From: Phoronis australis
Taxonomy: Eukaryota > Animalia > Phoronida
DNA length: 64,000 nt
Direction of reading: 5' to 3'
Assembly (NCBI GenBank): GCA_002633005.1
Contig: NMRA01000005.1
Span: 1,160,101 to 1,224,100, forward strand
How positions within the stretch are numbered: position 1 is the stretch's first letter; every line of letters begins with the position of its first letter. This document shows positions 59,694 through 64,000 of this stretch, piece after piece. The notes under the pieces are model-generated. The model was not told where the DNA came from and ran no database searches. It was given only the letters and a program-made list of their open reading frames with translations. A program made the position numbers and the translations under genes.

Positions 59694-62600
59694 TATGAAA
59701 ATATATTTTTTACAGGCTTATAAGAATTATTGGGGACACAAGCTCAAGTCTGTCCTGTATGTTTCTACCTCCACCTCCCTTATCACAAATGTCATTATTC
59801 TACATATTACACACCTGTCACAGAGAAGACTATATATCAATAATATACCGCAAACTTTCTATTTACAAGGCAACTTTGATCACGATCGCGTGTGTGAATT
59901 CCTGTGATATATAAAACTGTTATATTTACTTAAAAATATGACAAGCTACTACAGTGTTAGGTTATCTTTCTTTTCTGACAACAGTAACCCAAGATCACCG
60001 CAGGGGGTACCGTCATATCTGCAGGTGGGAGAAATATTGCTAATGACTTGGTTTAACCACAGGTCAATTGAAGTTTACGATTTTCGAATTTGGATTGGAA
60101 AATTGTTAACAAGCATAATTTCTGTGACAAACCCTTGTGTTACTGTGAGTTTTATGTGATTGGTTGATGATACAGAACATTTTAAAAGGGCCTGGAACGT
60201 GAAAAGCAGACTAAATTGCATTGTTCAAAGCTCGTGGTTCTCTGCCACTGAAACAGAATTGAACCTGTTCACTAGGCAATTTTACGGTTTGTTCATAAAA
60301 TTTTTGTAATTTCTGTTGATGTCAAAGCATTTTTCTTCTAGTTTAAAATTTCAAGGAAAAAACAACCTGTCAACTGCTCGTCACTTGTCGATTTTTCTCC
60401 CGTAAGGCAAAGCACATCTCCTTATTTGTTATGGCAAGATATAGGTGTGCTACATTCCCCTTATATGTGACCTTTGACTTGATGTAAACAAAACAAAGGC
60501 TACTTCAAGCAGCAGCCAGTCGGATTACGAGTCACTTGATGTAAGTCCTAACTGTTTAAAATTAGTTACAAAGGTATCAAATATGTTCTAGAACGCACTT
60601 GGAATTCTTTTTAGGAAATTGCTTGCTTCACTGGTTTGCCTCATGCTGTGCTGCCGACATCAGATTTGGAGTGCGATCACACATGATAATATGCCGTTAA
60701 TATCCATCTTGTTGGTCAGCTGTTTGCTGAATGACTAAGCGCATGCACATATTTATCATAAGTCGGGGGGGGGGGNGGGGGGGAGATTAGAAATTCTGTG
60801 GTGACTACAGAGTTTTTGTTAGCGCATATTTCAAAAACTGTAAAGTTTGTGATATTTTCTGGAAATTGGAAATTCCCTCAGAGGGGAAGTTAATAACACT
60901 GTTGTAGACGTTACGTTCATCAGGGATTGATTAAAAGATATTTTTAATGAGCTTTCGCGTTACTTGTTTCTTTAAAAAGCAGGACCCCAAAGGTAGCATT
61001 CACTGTACAGCTCTTTAGCGTGCTGTGCTAAATGGGCCGAATTGATGGGGACGAAACACAACTGCTGTCGTTCATAGAGGATTTGAAACACAGGACATTT
61101 CGTGTGAATTGTATTCCACTGCACAACAGATGCATTATTCTACTGAAGAACGCAGAACTCTCTCTATTAACTATTCGGTCGCCGTCTGGCAACAAGACAT
61201 ATTCGTTACATTTTCCCTACATGTAAGAATGACCATTTGCAAGTATTAAAGAGGTTCGGCATCTCCATTTCAAGATTGACATACAACGCTGCATAATGCA
61301 GATATGCTGATACGATCAGATGTGTTGTTTTGCTGTGTCGTTCTTGGCAGACAGCCCATTAATTCTTCTATTTAATCTCAGATTTGTTGCAATTTGGTGA
61401 GATTTCACCGTGTATAAAACCTTGGCCTATATCACTCTCTTTTGTCCACTTTGTAAACTCTCCCATCTAAGGATGGGCTGGCCCTGTACATCTTGACAGT
61501 CACAACTATTGGTTGATGATTGTCTGTGTTGTCACCCTGGTAAATCATTGTTCACACATCACCTTAGTCACCACTTCTGTGCAAAGGAGATAGAAAGAGC
61601 AGGTATGAGGTACGTTTATTTTTAAACAAAATGGTCATTGTATACTAAGACCTAAATAAAAGATTGCAGAGTGACTTCCTTTAGGCTTTGCAAAGGGCTT
61701 GTGTTTGAAACAGGTTCTTGCGCTTGTTTATTATTCCCTAGTGAAATGGCTTGATGCTGAAATGAAGTAAAGAAATGTCTCTAGAGAACAATACTTGGCA
61801 AATTGATTAAAAATGAATTATGATGAAGATGGCATACCATAAGAAAATTACACGAAAAAGGCATTTAGTATCTTTATAGTTATACTGTATCATCGAAACA
61901 GTCTTGCGTCTAGTTTACCGCACTTCTCCATATTATAGTCCAGGGCACTTAACTGGACAAGTCCAAAATTACGGGTAGGCCTTAAGCCATTCATTCATGA
62001 GCACTTGAAATAAAAAATTTTAAGAAGTTGGTGGATGGGACTTAACCGAATAGTTGATGTGAGACTTTCGGATTAAAAAATAAGCAAGATTGTCGGATTG
62101 CAGACAATGAATTGCAACGCGAGTTACAGAGTAGGTTCCAATGAAAGTGACGGATCGTTATTCAAAAGTAAACAATTTTATTCTTGATCGACGACTGGCT
62201 CGACCACCCCTGATCCTTGTCTTACTTCTTTGCATAGCATGTTTGGCGCAAGAGAGCAATGCCGAGCTGTCGAGATAAGACAGCTAGCCGCAGAACCATA
62301 CGCTGAAAATGTCATTGAGTCACGGAGTGTTGACTATAACATCCCAAACATAAAAAAACAACAGAGTTAAGTTTTTCAAACTTTTATTACAACCAATTTC
62401 AAAACTGCTCTCTGAGTCGGAACTTGACAGCTACATATTGTACGAGACTGTAACCATAAATTTGATGTCTGACCTCTGCAACACGTGAAGCTTGCACGCG
62501 CGCACTTAAGCAGGGTCACATCTTGAAACAGTTTTAATTCTAGTGGAGGCTGCGAGGTCACTGGTCGTCTGCGCACCGCAGGACGTCACGGGGCTATTAC

Positions 62601-62779
62601 TCAGCAATTTTTGTAAATTTAATTATGAATGACTAATCTGAGGCAAAGAGAACCTTTGTTGGGATCATCCGCTGTTATGATGTTTTCACAGTCATGTGGC
62701 GACGTGACTATAAAGCTCTTTGAATAGGGCTACGCGTTCCGAGTATGATTGTCGTGTCGGGATTTAGATCGCCAGGTAA

Positions 62780-62955
62780 GATTAACCGCCCAGGGCGGTT
62801 GTCTGTCGTAATAAGCGCCCATGTTCGGTTAACCGCCCATCCCCTACTTTGGGTGGATTTTCGATTTAACCGCCCACTGCTCGGTTAACCGCCCTCCCCC
62901 GATTTTTTGGTTTCCCCAATTTAATCGCCCAGGGCGTTAACCCGAACGATTACGG
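62780..62955. mobile_element. Right end of a pogo-like MITE (subterminal taaccgccc repeats)
   Basis: Several ttaaccgccc/ataagcgccc motifs ending ...GATTACGG|TA, resembling the ends of the 44908 element. Confidence 0.55.
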
Positions 62956-63399
62956 TAATCTTAGTGATGTCAGCTAGTACCATCACCATTGCTAGTACCA
63001 TCGCCAATAACATTTAGGCTGACAGCAATTTTAAGATCAAAGCTTAGTTGATAGTCACCCGCATGTGTTGATGTTACCTGCATTGACCTGGGAATAAATG
63101 AAATTATGCGTAATTTTCTCCGTTAGGAATCCAATGACCTAGCTTCAGCATGACTTCATAAGAAAAGGACGTCCAATTCAGTGGCAGAATTATTTGTTCA
63201 AAAATGAAAAAAGCTGCTGTGCCCTGTCAAACTTCTTTGAATAATAATCTGACAAGAGTCAAGTCTTGAGCAAAACTAATATGTACATAGTTATTTCGTG
63301 TTGTGGAGTGGCAACAGTTTAGGTCATATTATACAGTCAACAATTTTTTAAGCATGCTGTTGTCATCGAAGTTATCGCAAGGTAGCGCTGCACGCTAAG

Positions 63400-63880
63400 C
63401 AGGCCTTTATGCAGCATACGTCCTGGGTGTCCAAATGGACGCCCTAGCACTAATCTGGATGCCCTGGCAAGGACGCCCAATGTATCATTTGGATGCCCAC
63501 TGTCAATAGGAACATTTCAAGTTTGGACTCACTCATTGTAATGCATACTAGGAAGCCTCTGAGGGCTCACAGTGGGGGTTCTTTTTTCAAAGCAGGAAGA
63601 AATATACAATGTATATACAAAGTATATGCATTGTTGCTATTTTGACACAGCATTGTAAAAGTCTTGGTCTAGGCAGTTTTTTTAGTAAAAATTTCATCAT
63701 AGAAGGCTGTTTTATAAACTTAGATGTAAAAACCTTGATCTATGCATTTTTTGTAAAAAAATCTGTGTGTTTGGGGGTATTGCTGGGGGTGGGGGGTTAC
63801 GCGTCGGAATCATGGACGCCCTGGAATATTGGGAACCCCATTTTGGACACCCTATTTTCAAAATCCTGGATAAAGGCCTG
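63400..63880 (+). mobile_element. hAT-type non-autonomous element, second copy
   Basis: CAGGCCTTTAT...ATAAAGGCCTG; flanks ACGCTAAG / ACGCTAAT (7 of 8 match); colinear with 43343-43786. Confidence 0.85.
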
Positions 63881-64000
63881 ACGCTAATATTTTTTTTAAT
63901 GTGACAATTTGGGAACATTTACATGTGCTAAATGACCTTAAACTTACTTTTAAATCGATTGGTTATTATTAGAGCAAAATATAAGTAGCTATTAGTGACG

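Noticed and set aside
60764-60783. Poly-G tract as a G-quadruplex
   Set aside because: Contains an N; the length is unreliable and it is likely a sequencing gap.

Overview
AT-rich, intron-rich animal (probably invertebrate) genomic DNA. Bases 785-24827 (+) hold the 3' part of an axonemal inner-arm dynein heavy chain, most similar to DNAH12. It covers AAA4, the stalk/microtubule-binding domain, AAA5, the buttress, AAA6 and the C-terminus in 25 exon positions whose splice phases all close by hand. The most notable feature is a pair of homologous, equal-length 141-nt exons (14229-14369 and 15357-15497) that look like mutually exclusive alternative exons of the motor domain. A 26-nt long-range inverted complement starts right beside the second exon's donor site. 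The gene also has a GC-AG intron, and one exon is interrupted at an N by four tandem copies of an upstream exon/intron junction, probably an assembly problem. At 30285-30373 (+), absent from the ORF track, is the first coding exon of a CaMKI-like kinase. It is preceded by X-box, YY1 and CRE motifs and followed by an intron that appears to run more than 33 kb to the window end. The rest is non-coding, with MITE-like foldback elements (hAT-, Tc1/pogo-, Kolobok- and Harbinger-like ends), tRNA-derived SINEs and minisatellites. Protein family assignments come from recalled sequence similarity, not database searches.
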